Virus record (IMG/VR): IMGVR_UViG_3300047553_000096
Coordinates: 1-60,335 of that record
Length of the DNA stretch: 60,335 bases
DNA from: a virus
Lineage: Duplodnaviria > Caudoviricetes
Strand: one strand, 5' to 3'
Within the stretch, counting starts at the first letter, position 1. Every line of letters begins with the position of its first letter. The notes beneath the pieces are model-generated. The model searched no databases and had not been told where the DNA came from. It was given only the letters and a program-made list of their open reading frames with translations. This document shows positions 53,405-60,335 of this stretch, piece by piece. The translations under genes were made by a program, and so were the position numbers.

Positions 53405-54646
53405 TTAGTGCTCACTAACTAATTCTGCCTTCTTGCCGGTGAATTCTTCCCATCGCTTGACGATGACATCGCAGTATTTTGGGTCTAGTTCCATCATTCG
53501 ACAAGACCGACCTGTTTTCTCGCAGGCAATAAGCGTCGTGCCAGTACCTCCAAAACAATCGCCGACAATTGACTTTGGTTTCGTAAAACTATTTATCGCC
53601 CACTCAGGAAAATCAACCGGAAAGGTTGCCGCGTGAACATTTGAAAATTCATTGTTTCTGTTAGGAGACCCATCATAAATATTTTGCACCGTTCCTTGAA
53701 AATTCGCCGTCGGTATCGCCCTAGACGGGTTTTCACATTGCGATAAAAAAATAATATATTCAAACCTATTGGACATTACATTTTTGGCTATTTGTGGGGC
53801 CCCGTGTTTTTTATCCCAAATGGCTATGTCAATCAAATTGTTTCTATAGGAATGCAGATATTCTAAAAAGGCAATTTTGTTTCCCGCTAATTGTTGAATG
53901 TTTATAGCCAAACATTTTGAAACCCGCATCCACGCATTCGTAAAAGACCTAAGAAATGCCAAATAATCGTCTTGCGTTTTATTGTCTTGATAAGTGGCAT
54001 ATTTATTGTCTGTTGTATGAGTATTCCCTGACAGCTTCTCAGAATCTCCTGCGTTATATGGAGGACTGGTAAAAAGGAAATCAATTTCTGTCCCGTCAAT
54101 CAATTTATCAACCGCATCCACGCTCGTACTATCGCCGCACATCAATCGGTGCTTGCCTAGTATCCAGATGTCCCCAGGCTTCGTAATAGGCTCCGGTGGA
54201 GGCTCAGGAACATCATCCTCGTCCGTTAATCCCTCTGTTGGCTCGAGCGCATTTAAAAGACCGTCTAGCTCCTCTACGGAGAACCCAAGCATCTCGAGGT
54301 CAACGTCCTCTGCTTTTAGCTCGATCAACTCTAGCTTAAGTAAGTCGTTATCCCACCCTGCGTTTAGCGCAAGCCTGTTATCAGCAAGCACATACGCTTT
54401 ACGTTGAGTGTCGCTTAAATGAGACAGTCTGATAACAGGAACTTCTGCTAACCCTAGCTTTCTCGCCGCGGCAAGCCTTCCGTGGCCTGCAATGATTGAG
54501 TAATCGTCAGAAATGAGGATTGGATTGTTAAACCCAAACTCTTTTATGGAAGCCGCAATCTGCGAGACTTGTGCTTCGTCATGTGTTCTTGCGTTCCTTG
54601 CGTAAGGAATCAGCTTTTCTATCAAAACTTTTTCTACTTGACTCAC
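53405..54646 (-). CDS. ParB-like N-terminal domain fused to a beta-class DNA amino-methyltransferase
   Basis: LIPYARNAR, SIKEFGF.NPI, IAGHGRL.AA; HRLMCGDS, FTSPPYN, H.ATFP, DCFGGTGTT, MELDPKYCDVI. Confidence 0.85.
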   Translation of the reverse strand: MSQVEKVLIEKLIPYARNARTHDEAQVSQIAASIKEFGFNNPILISDDYSIIAGHGRLAAARKLGLAEVPVIRLSHLSDTQRKAYVLADNRLALNAGWDNDLLKLELIELKAEDVDLEMLGFSVEELDGLLNALEPTEGLTDEDDVPEPPPEPITKPGDIWILGKHRLMCGDSTSVDAVDKLIDGTEIDFLFTSPPYNAGDSEKLSGNTHTTDNKYATYQDNKTQDDYLAFLRSFTNAWMRVSKCLAINIQQLAGNKIAFLEYLHSYRNNLIDIAIWDKKHGAPQIAKNVMSNRFEYIIFLSQCENPSRAIPTANFQGTVQNIYDGSPNRNNEFSNVHAATFPVDFPEWAINSFTKPKSIVGDCFGGTGTTLIACEKTGRSCRMMELDPKYCDVIVKRWEEFTGKKAELVSEH

Positions 54647-54753
54647 CGTATTCTCCGTTGGAGGTCATCGGTTTTTATTCCTCGCCGAGATAGCTTTAGC
54701 CTTTGAGCAGGAGGTACTCTCTTTTCACCATCACTCAATACTTTGTTGTCCAT
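54643..54753 (-). pseudogene. Chimeric remnant: type A TerS 5' stub fused to the 3' end of a DUF6321-like gene
   Basis: MDNKVLSDGEKRVPPA resembles MDTKQSEDTEKKIPPA; 54665-54705 reads KAKAISARNKNR-stop in another frame. Confidence 0.65.
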
Positions 54754-54774
54754 TCGTTGTTTGTTTGCAACAGA

Positions 54775-56202
54775 TTAGTCTAGTAAACCAAGTTGTTTGA
54801 AAACTATCAATTGTTCTTCTGGGATGTCGTATGACGACATAGGAAAAACCTCGCGCCTTTGTGCAGGAGTCATTGATTCTCTTGCTTGCACCGCCCTTGA
54901 CTCAGCCTCTCCAGCAAGTTTACGGTAAGACTCAAACGGTCTAGCCACAAGATTTTTTTGCTCGTCAATAAGTTGCTGCTGTTCTTTGTAGCTCGGCCCG
55001 TATTCTTCTATTTTTTTCTTGGTTTTCCGCAAGATTGACTTAGCTTCCTCTGGAGGAGTAGAGGATGCAATATTTTCGAGTTGAGGATACCTTTCAATAT
55101 TTTTTTCTTTAATGATGCTTGCAGCGCTTCTTAGCCACTCATCTCTACCCGAACCTTTTTTACTTGGCATCTTCCCTAACTTGCTTGTGATTTCGCCGCT
55201 ATATTCATACCAATCAGATAGGTTGAAGATTGAACTTGGCTTTATGTTTTGCTTTTTCTCCATTGACTCAAGCCAGTGAAAATAATCGGCTTGTTGGGCA
55301 GCACTTCTTTCTCTAATTGCGCGTTCAAAACGCATTACATCATCTTCAAGCAAAGACATTTTTGGTTGAAAAACCGAGGCAATTATTTGAGGTATAGCCT
55401 CTGGGTTTCCACCGCCAGCAAAATTCTCTCGATATTGAATACCATGCTGAATTTCATGCAACAAAGTAGATCTCGCTTTGGCAAGTTGCTCATCGCCTTC
55501 ATATCGAGATGCTGACCCGCCAGTTTTGAACACATCTTCTTTAGTTAACTGCCCAGGTCTATAATAAGACCCGCTATATGCGGGATTTTCTTCAAGCCTT
55601 AATTTTGCCTGAGCAAGATCTGGGTAAGCCTTAAAAAGTTCTGGATGTTCAAGATAGCTACCAAGTCTTGCCCTAAGCACTTTTTCTGGCTCTCCGCTTT
55701 TTGCGGTAGAAAGAAATTCTTGCCAATTTAATTGGGCTAAGTCATCGCTTATTTCTTGCCTTAATTGTTTGTCAGAACCCCTAAAAGTTCCTGTTTGTCT
55801 CCAAATTTCTTCTTTTGGCAAGCCTTGGGCCTCAAGTTTGTTAAAAGCAATCTCTGCTTGCGCGTTCCACGCTGGAGATTTTTTGCCAATAAAAATTTGT
55901 GCGCCAGCACCAGGAATCCTAGCTGCATTTGCCATAGTAGACGCAGCCGCAAAAGGAAGCACAGACCCGTAAAGCTGACTAGCGACACTTGCTTGCTCGC
56001 CTAGTCTGTAAGCCTCAGACATCTTCTGAGCCTCTGGGTCCATCACCGAGTAAGTAGGCTGCCTGCCCGTAAACCCTAGTAATCCCTGCGCGATAGGACT
56101 TGTCTGACCGTAACCTGGCAGCGAACTTACACCTCTCGGTAGTTGCTCAGGCAGCGGAGGAAGAAACTTCTCCTCGTCTAGCAGTCCTTTTCTACGCTTC
56201 AC
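54775..56202 (-). CDS. 91-aa leader fused to an LPD23-like/zincin (HExxH) domain
   Basis: IWRQTG.FRG.D...R.EISD, HPELFKAYP.L, STLLHEIQH.IQ..E.FA.GG and Y..LAGEAE.R.VQ.R motifs. Confidence 0.7.
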   Translation of the reverse strand: MKRRKGLLDEEKFLPPLPEQLPRGVSSLPGYGQTSPIAQGLLGFTGRQPTYSVMDPEAQKMSEAYRLGEQASVASQLYGSVLPFAAASTMANAARIPGAGAQIFIGKKSPAWNAQAEIAFNKLEAQGLPKEEIWRQTGTFRGSDKQLRQEISDDLAQLNWQEFLSTAKSGEPEKVLRARLGSYLEHPELFKAYPDLAQAKLRLEENPAYSGSYYRPGQLTKEDVFKTGGSASRYEGDEQLAKARSTLLHEIQHGIQYRENFAGGGNPEAIPQIIASVFQPKMSLLEDDVMRFERAIRERSAAQQADYFHWLESMEKKQNIKPSSIFNLSDWYEYSGEITSKLGKMPSKKGSGRDEWLRSAASIIKEKNIERYPQLENIASSTPPEEAKSILRKTKKKIEEYGPSYKEQQQLIDEQKNLVARPFESYRKLAGEAESRAVQARESMTPAQRREVFPMSSYDIPEEQLIVFKQLGLLD

Positions 56203-56495
56203 TTCTTGTTCCTCGCCGAGATAGCCTTAGCCTTTGCCTTTGCATCAGCCTTAGAACTTGCACCCCATGCCTTTAGGCTCAGGAGCAGTCTGGTAGGGCT
56301 CCCATCGGGTTTTCTCTCTGGGCCTGGCATATTCCCCATTCGCGCAAGAAAAGACGCTCTACGAGGGTTATCGCCTGACTTAACAGGAGCCTTTAGATCA
56401 GACCCAGGATTCTCACGCTCGTAAGACTTCCGGCCTTTCTCATTGAGGCCACCTTTGGCGTTCTTACCCTCTTTCCTTGTCCAGGCGGCAGTCAT
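56199..56495 (-). CDS. Small basic protein (DUF6321-like)
   Basis: Homolog of 21029-21325. Confidence 0.7.
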   Translation of the reverse strand: MTAAWTRKEGKNAKGGLNEKGRKSYERENPGSDLKAPVKSGDNPRRASFLARMGNMPGPERKPDGSPTRLLLSLKAWGASSKADAKAKAKAISARNKK

Positions 56496-56647
56496 TTCTT
56501 AGCCGTCTTAGCTGATTCTTTGAAAGCCTTAGCCGTTGGCGCACCAGGACTCCCAGGCTTACGCATCTTCTCTGGAGTCTTTCCCGCAGCCTTTTGCTTG
56601 GCTATGCGTTCACGCTTGGCGTGGATATTTGCGTATAAGCCTTTCAT
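56492..56647 (-). CDS. Small basic protein, 51 aa (not in the ORF track)
   Basis: MKGLYANIHAKRERIAKQKAAGKTPEKMRKPGSPGAPTAKAFKESAKTAKK. Confidence 0.8.
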   Translation of the reverse strand: MKGLYANIHAKRERIAKQKAAGKTPEKMRKPGSPGAPTAKAFKESAKTAKK

Positions 56648-56799
56648 TTCTTCTTGACCTTAGCTTCAGAAAGCGCAATCGCGAGGGCTTGCTTAGGGTT
56701 AGTCACGGTCGGACCCTTCTTGCTTCCAGAGTGCAGCTTACCCTTGTTGTACTCAGTCATCACCTTGGAGATCTTCTTCTCCGCTTTCGTCTTCTTCAC
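56644..56799 (-). CDS. Small basic protein (DUF6496-like)
   Basis: Homolog of 21474-21626; start re-placed at GTG 56799. Confidence 0.7.
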   Translation of the reverse strand: MKKTKAEKKISKVMTEYNKGKLHSGSKKGPTVTNPKQALAIALSEAKVKKK

Positions 56800-57142
56800 T
56801 TTTCCACTCCATACAAGATTTATCAGGCGCACACATAAAGTTCCACTCGTGGCAGTACCCGACACCTTCAGGTAGACAATCCTGCATCTCCATGTCGAAA
56901 TATCCACAATTACCGCAACGCCTCTCTTGAGCTTGGCTTGCAGAGATACGCCACTTTGCACCTAGATCGCGCCAGAATTGAGTATCGCCCTCTCGTTCAG
57001 GGCCGTACATACCCTCTTCCCTAGCGATCTGCTTGTTTTCCTCGTTGACAGCCTCGTCTTTAGTCGGCAGCGGACACTCGTTTTCTTCGTCTTCTTTTTG
57101 CTTGATGACGATCATGACTTTAGGTGAGAGTAAGCCCTTCAT
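56753..57142 (-). CDS. Cys-cluster protein
   Basis: Homolog of 21586-21972. Confidence 0.65.
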   Translation of the reverse strand: MKGLLSPKVMIVIKQKEDEENECPLPTKDEAVNEENKQIAREEGMYGPEREGDTQFWRDLGAKWRISASQAQERRCGNCGYFDMEMQDCLPEGVGYCHEWNFMCAPDKSCMEWKSEEDESGEEDLQGDD

Positions 57143-57270
57143 TTTTTACCTTTCGGAGGTTGCATGGGGATACCCACCTTCCTGTCGTACCTGATCGGAA
57201 CCGGAGGAACCTTCATTCGGTAGGGATTCTGTAGTGCCTTGCTATCCCTGGCTCGTTTTTCCACATCCAT
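57139..57270 (-). CDS. 43-aa micro-ORF (not in the ORF track)
   Basis: GGAGG RBS; MDVEKRARDSKALQNPYRMKVPPVPIRYDRKVGIPMQPPKGKK. Confidence 0.65.
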   Translation of the reverse strand: MDVEKRARDSKALQNPYRMKVPPVPIRYDRKVGIPMQPPKGKK

Positions 57271-57905
57271 TTTGAAGCCTCCATGAGGTTTTTACGGTCA
57301 TCCTTGCCGACTGTCTGACTGCCAGCGTGATGAACGTAAGCCCTTGAAACGAAATGCCTAAAGTCTAGTACCGTAAGTGTATGACAAAAGACGTTGTCTG
57401 AGAACCAGTTGATAGGCGGAAACCTGACCTGACTGAAAGCCTCCTTTGAGACGTAGGCGAAGATAGGCGCAATCACAGACACTTCCTTGATCGTCTGTTC
57501 TTCAGCCCATCTAATCCCATCTCTTGGGCCAGACTCATATCGAATATTCTGGTCCGCAAGGATGAAGTCAGACCTGCACCCAACAACACCGACCTTATGC
57601 CCTGCTTCCTTCAGATGTTGGACATCCTCACAAAGAAGCCTATACGAATCAGGAGTCAGGCATATATCATCGTTAGCTATGATGACTTCGTCGTAATGCC
57701 GGAAGGCATCGTCCATGATCCTGTTGTAAGCGTCACCGAAGTTACTCTGCGAGTTGAGTAGCCACCTGAAAACTCGTGGGTCCATTGTCTCGGACCGACT
57801 CGACAGATAAACAGGCGCTTCTTTGGCGTATAAGCTGATTGACGACAGCGTGATTTCAAGGCTTGGCGATCCTGTTGTGCAGATGAGAATCGGTAACTTT
57901 TTCAT
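57213..57905 (-). CDS. GT2-like glycosyltransferase
   Basis: Homolog of 22040-22732; start re-placed at MKKLPIL. Confidence 0.7.
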   Translation of the reverse strand: MKKLPILICTTGSPSLEITLSSISLYAKEAPVYLSSRSETMDPRVFRWLLNSQSNFGDAYNRIMDDAFRHYDEVIIANDDICLTPDSYRLLCEDVQHLKEAGHKVGVVGCRSDFILADQNIRYESGPRDGIRWAEEQTIKEVSVIAPIFAYVSKEAFSQVRFPPINWFSDNVFCHTLTVLDFRHFVSRAYVHHAGSQTVGKDDRKNLMEASKWMWKNEPGIARHYRIPTE

Positions 57906-58554
57906 ACTCCTCCATTCTGTGGCCTGCAACCACCTGGAAATATTCGTTGTTCATGAGCGGTTTATTGCAAACGTTGACCTCTAAACCATGCTCTGACGCG
58001 ATGATCGGGAATGAGAGTTGATCCTGTAAGCTCCACTTCATCATCTCCTCCCACCAGGCTTGATTGGCTTTAGGATTGATGTAAGACCGCTTCCAGCAGA
58101 TAACCCCGCCTGCGATAAGACCACCGTTCTCAGGCCACCCTAAGTCCCTGTAGTGCTCAACTTGAGCCAAGATGGGTTGATCCCTGTACTTAAGCATGTC
58201 ATGGCACTCTTGAGCTTCTTCGTAGATACAAGTTCTCCAAGGGTGTTGGAACGCTGCCATCGTATCTCCGGCCTGCTCGACCATGTACTCAACAAACTTA
58301 GGGCTTGTAATCCGTATGGAACCGTCCACCCAGATCACATAGTCCTCGTCAAACTCCAACTTGTCAGGAAAGACTTTGTACCACTTAGCCTCCATCCTTG
58401 GATCAGAGAATCTTCTCGTGGTTACGATCTGCTTCCATCCCTGATGAGGTTTTGCCTCATCGACAATCGCGTAAAAGTTCGTAGGGACAGACTGCCTGAC
58501 CGCGTAATGCAGCGGGTCGTAACTCCCAAAAATGGATGTGTAAACGGCAATCAC
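57856..58554 (-). CDS. DUF616-like glycosyltransferase
   Basis: Homolog of 22683-23384. Confidence 0.7.
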   Translation of the reverse strand: MIAVYTSIFGSYDPLHYAVRQSVPTNFYAIVDEAKPHQGWKQIVTTRRFSDPRMEAKWYKVFPDKLEFDEDYVIWVDGSIRITSPKFVEYMVEQAGDTMAAFQHPWRTCIYEEAQECHDMLKYRDQPILAQVEHYRDLGWPENGGLIAGGVICWKRSYINPKANQAWWEEMMKWSLQDQLSFPIIASEHGLEVNVCNKPLMNNEYFQVVAGHRMEEYEKVTDSHLHNRIAKP

Positions 58555-58581
58555 AAAAAAAAGCCTGACATCGCGTCAGGC
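58555..58581 (-). terminator. Rho-independent terminator
   Basis: GCCTGACG-CGA-TGTCAGGC-T8. Confidence 0.7.
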
Positions 58582-58608
58582 AAACACAGGAGGAGCACCA
58601 TCGTTAGT

Positions 58609-58791
58609 TTACTCCCCCGTTAAGAAGTTGAGAAGCTCCTCGGCTTGCAGTCGAAGATCAATGCTTGATTTGTGCAGTTCAATACTCATATTGACTAAAG
58701 CCAAGACTCGTGATTCTAACTCACTCGAATCCATCGCATCTTGGATAACGTCTTGAGCAAGTGCTTTGGCCGCTGCTTCATGTAAGTTCAT
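58609..58791 (-). CDS. Hypothetical protein, 60 aa
   Basis: Homolog of 23437-23625; start re-placed at MNLHEAA. Confidence 0.7.
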   Translation of the reverse strand: MNLHEAAAKALAQDVIQDAMDSSELESRVLALVNMSIELHKSSIDLRLQAEELLNFLTGE

Positions 58792-58990
58792 GTTTGATCC
58801 TTTGTATCTCACGGTTGATATACCAAAGTGCTTTCTCAAGATCCTCGATTTGGTTGCCCTTGAGGTCAGCCCTCCAGATGTATTTCATTGCGTTGCCGAG
58901 GTTAAATCCCATGTGCTCCGTGATCTGGATGCACTCAACACCCGAAGGATGCTTGGTGTAGTGTCTCGGATGGTTGACGTTGTCGTTCAC
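58778..58990 (-). CDS. DUF3310 family protein
   Basis: DNVNHP.HY, ECI, F.LGNA.KYIWRA..K...EDL.KA.WY. Confidence 0.8.
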   Translation of the reverse strand: MNDNVNHPRHYTKHPSGVECIQITEHMGFNLGNAMKYIWRADLKGNQIEDLEKALWYINREIQRIKHELT

Positions 58991-59169
58991 AGCAACTCCT
59001 TTATATGCTCAGGAACCTTTGGCAATGGAGCCCAGGCAACCGCCCAATCCGACCAATGCCCAATCACACAGACCCCTCCAGGGTTAAGCAAGAGCATCTT
59101 AGTTCCCAGTGGAGGTGTCTTGTCACTCGGTGTCATCCAGTGGGTATGCCCTGAAACGTAGTCCTTCAT
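58987..59169 (-). CDS. DUF551-like small protein
   Basis: PP.G.KMLLL..GG...IG.W and AWAPLP; start re-placed at MKDYV. Confidence 0.55.
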   Translation of the reverse strand: MKDYVSGHTHWMTPSDKTPPLGTKMLLLNPGGVCVIGHWSDWAVAWAPLPKVPEHIKELL

Positions 59170-59480
59170 ACCTTCCTCCGGTAATACCAGGCCCAAGCGC
59201 CATGCCTTCCCTCTGTCCACCTATACCTAGATTCTCTCTCTATCAAGCCCTTTGACATCAAGACCTTTAGATGCTTCCTTGCGCCCTCTGTTGTGCAGCC
59301 AAAGTGAGCAGACAGATCGTTGAGCGAGTAAGGCTGAGTTAGATAGTTGAGATACATCTTCTCAGTTTTGGTCAGCGGTTTGTGTTTACGGAGAATCTGA
59401 CGGACTAACCATTTGACTTGATCGGTATGGTGAACAAGTCCGAGGTTATGCGCCATACGTTGTATCTCAGCGCCGGTCAT
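59166..59480 (-). CDS. Winged-helix DNA-binding protein
   Basis: SLNDLSAHFGCTTEGARKHLKVLMSKGLIER. Confidence 0.65.
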   Translation of the reverse strand: MTGAEIQRMAHNLGLVHHTDQVKWLVRQILRKHKPLTKTEKMYLNYLTQPYSLNDLSAHFGCTTEGARKHLKVLMSKGLIERESRYRWTEGRHGAWAWYYRRKV

Positions 59481-59734
59481 TGCTCACCCCTTGCTCGTAT
59501 GGCTTCAGCACACATCGCTGCAAGACCTTTGGTGTAATACTTTTGAAAAACTTCTTGCCGTTCCTCACACACCTTCGCACACGCCTCACGCTCTTCTTTA
59601 ATGAACAACTCAACAAACTCTATAAGCTCATCAAGATAGAACTCGTAATACTCTTCTTGAGTGCTTTCACCATAGCGGCTGAATCGCTCGTACATTTTGA
59701 AACGCTGTGCGATCTCTTCAATTGCTTTCTTCAT
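59477..59734 (-). CDS. Cassette protein (EREACAK...ARGEQ family)
   Basis: EREACAKVCE...CAEAIRARGEQ. Confidence 0.7.
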   Translation of the reverse strand: MKKAIEEIAQRFKMYERFSRYGESTQEEYYEFYLDELIEFVELFIKEEREACAKVCEERQEVFQKYYTKGLAAMCAEAIRARGEQ

Positions 59735-60012
59735 TGCTCACCTCGACTCAAAATTTTGTCTCGACAATCCATGTAGGCTTTGTTGTATCTCTGCTGAACC
59801 TCACAGACTGGTCCAGACATGATCAAGTCATCACACAACTTCGCACACGCCTCACGCTCATGTGCTGCAACAAGTGCGGCGAATTGCTCTAAATCCTTAT
59901 GAGTGAAGGCATAAAGACCGTACGGTGTTTTCGTCATCATCAAGAGGGTTTCCCACGGCTTGCGTATGCCTTCTTGTATAGCAAGTTCATCCAGTCCGAT
60001 GTGGTTAGTCAC
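59731..60012 (-). CDS. Cassette protein (EREACAK...RGEQ family)
   Basis: LEQFAALVAAHEREACAKLCD...RGEQ. Confidence 0.7.
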   Translation of the reverse strand: MTNHIGLDELAIQEGIRKPWETLLMMTKTPYGLYAFTHKDLEQFAALVAAHEREACAKLCDDLIMSGPVCEVQQRYNKAYMDCRDKILSRGEQ

Positions 60013-60212
60013 TGCTCACCCCTTGCTTTCAGCATGGCGTCGGCCATCAAATACGACGCCTTTGCGGTGACGTGTGCGGTATGCTCATCGTGCGCTTTTC
60101 CGCAACTAAACAGACCTTGCATCGCCTTAGCTGCAAAGTAGTCACGCAGTGTCATTCCTGTTTCGTTCGGCCATCCGGTTCGTGGAAATGCTGGTCCTCC
60201 ATCGTTAATCAT
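60009..60212 (-). CDS. Conserved phage protein (GGPAFP...GMTLRDYFAAKAM family)
   Basis: GGPAFP, GMTLRDYFAAKAMQG and ADAMLKAR motifs. Confidence 0.75.
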   Translation of the reverse strand: MINDGGPAFPRTGWPNETGMTLRDYFAAKAMQGLFSCGKAHDEHTAHVTAKASYLMADAMLKARGEQ

Positions 60213-60335
60213 TGCTCACCCCACACAAGCACGTCCGCCTTTCCGGTAAACACCATCCACGCAGCCGTAACGCGCTTTTTGATGTTGATCCCAGACCAGC
60301 TTTCTGGTCTGGCTGGCGCCCACAAGCCATTTTTC
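60209..60335 (-). CDS. Partial cassette protein (5' end outside the window)
   Basis: ...GLWAPARPESWSGINIKKRVTAAWMVFTGKADVLVWGEQ-stop. Confidence 0.65.
   Translation of the reverse strand, partial: KNGLWAPARPESWSGINIKKRVTAAWMVFTGKADVLVWGEQ

Noticed and set aside
33791-60335. Second copy as terminal redundancy or circular-overlap artefact of one genome
   Set aside because: The copies differ by many synonymous changes and by whole modules; an overlap would be essentially identical.
1-60335. Tandem integrated prophages, and a specific host assignment
   Set aside because: No integrase, att sites or host genes. Gene content resembles aquatic proteobacterial phages, but the sequence alone does not support naming a host.

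Overview
The whole window is tailed-phage DNA (podovirus-like head/tail layout). I see no host genes, integrase, tRNA or CRISPR array. It holds two related but non-identical genomes head-to-tail with a period of about 33.5-34 kb; for example the major capsid genes at 12148-13104 and 46077-47033 differ at 6 of 318 aa. On the minus strand each copy runs: small cassette-like genes, glycosyltransferases, small basic proteins, an effector gene, terminase, portal, a repeat protein, scaffold, capsid, adaptor/nozzle, ejection proteins, tail fibres. The replication region, a plus-strand recombination operon (Sak-like, NinB-like, YqaJ-like) and the lysis module (holin, GH108 endolysin) each appear once, between the copies. 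Comparing the two copies gives the main results. (1) A pre-terminase gene has an identical 91-aa leader fused to an ADP-ribosyltransferase-like domain in one copy and an LPD23/HExxH domain in the other, a candidate polymorphic virion-delivered effector system, with a recurrent GLL motif across putative internal proteins. (2) A promoter, structured RNA, G-tract and iteron-like repeats lie upstream of the replication gene. (3) A 3' anti-Shine-Dalgarno element is complementary to RBSs of early and replication genes. (4) There is a recombination scar and there are repeat-linked gene arrays. All family names come from motif recognition by eye, not database searches.
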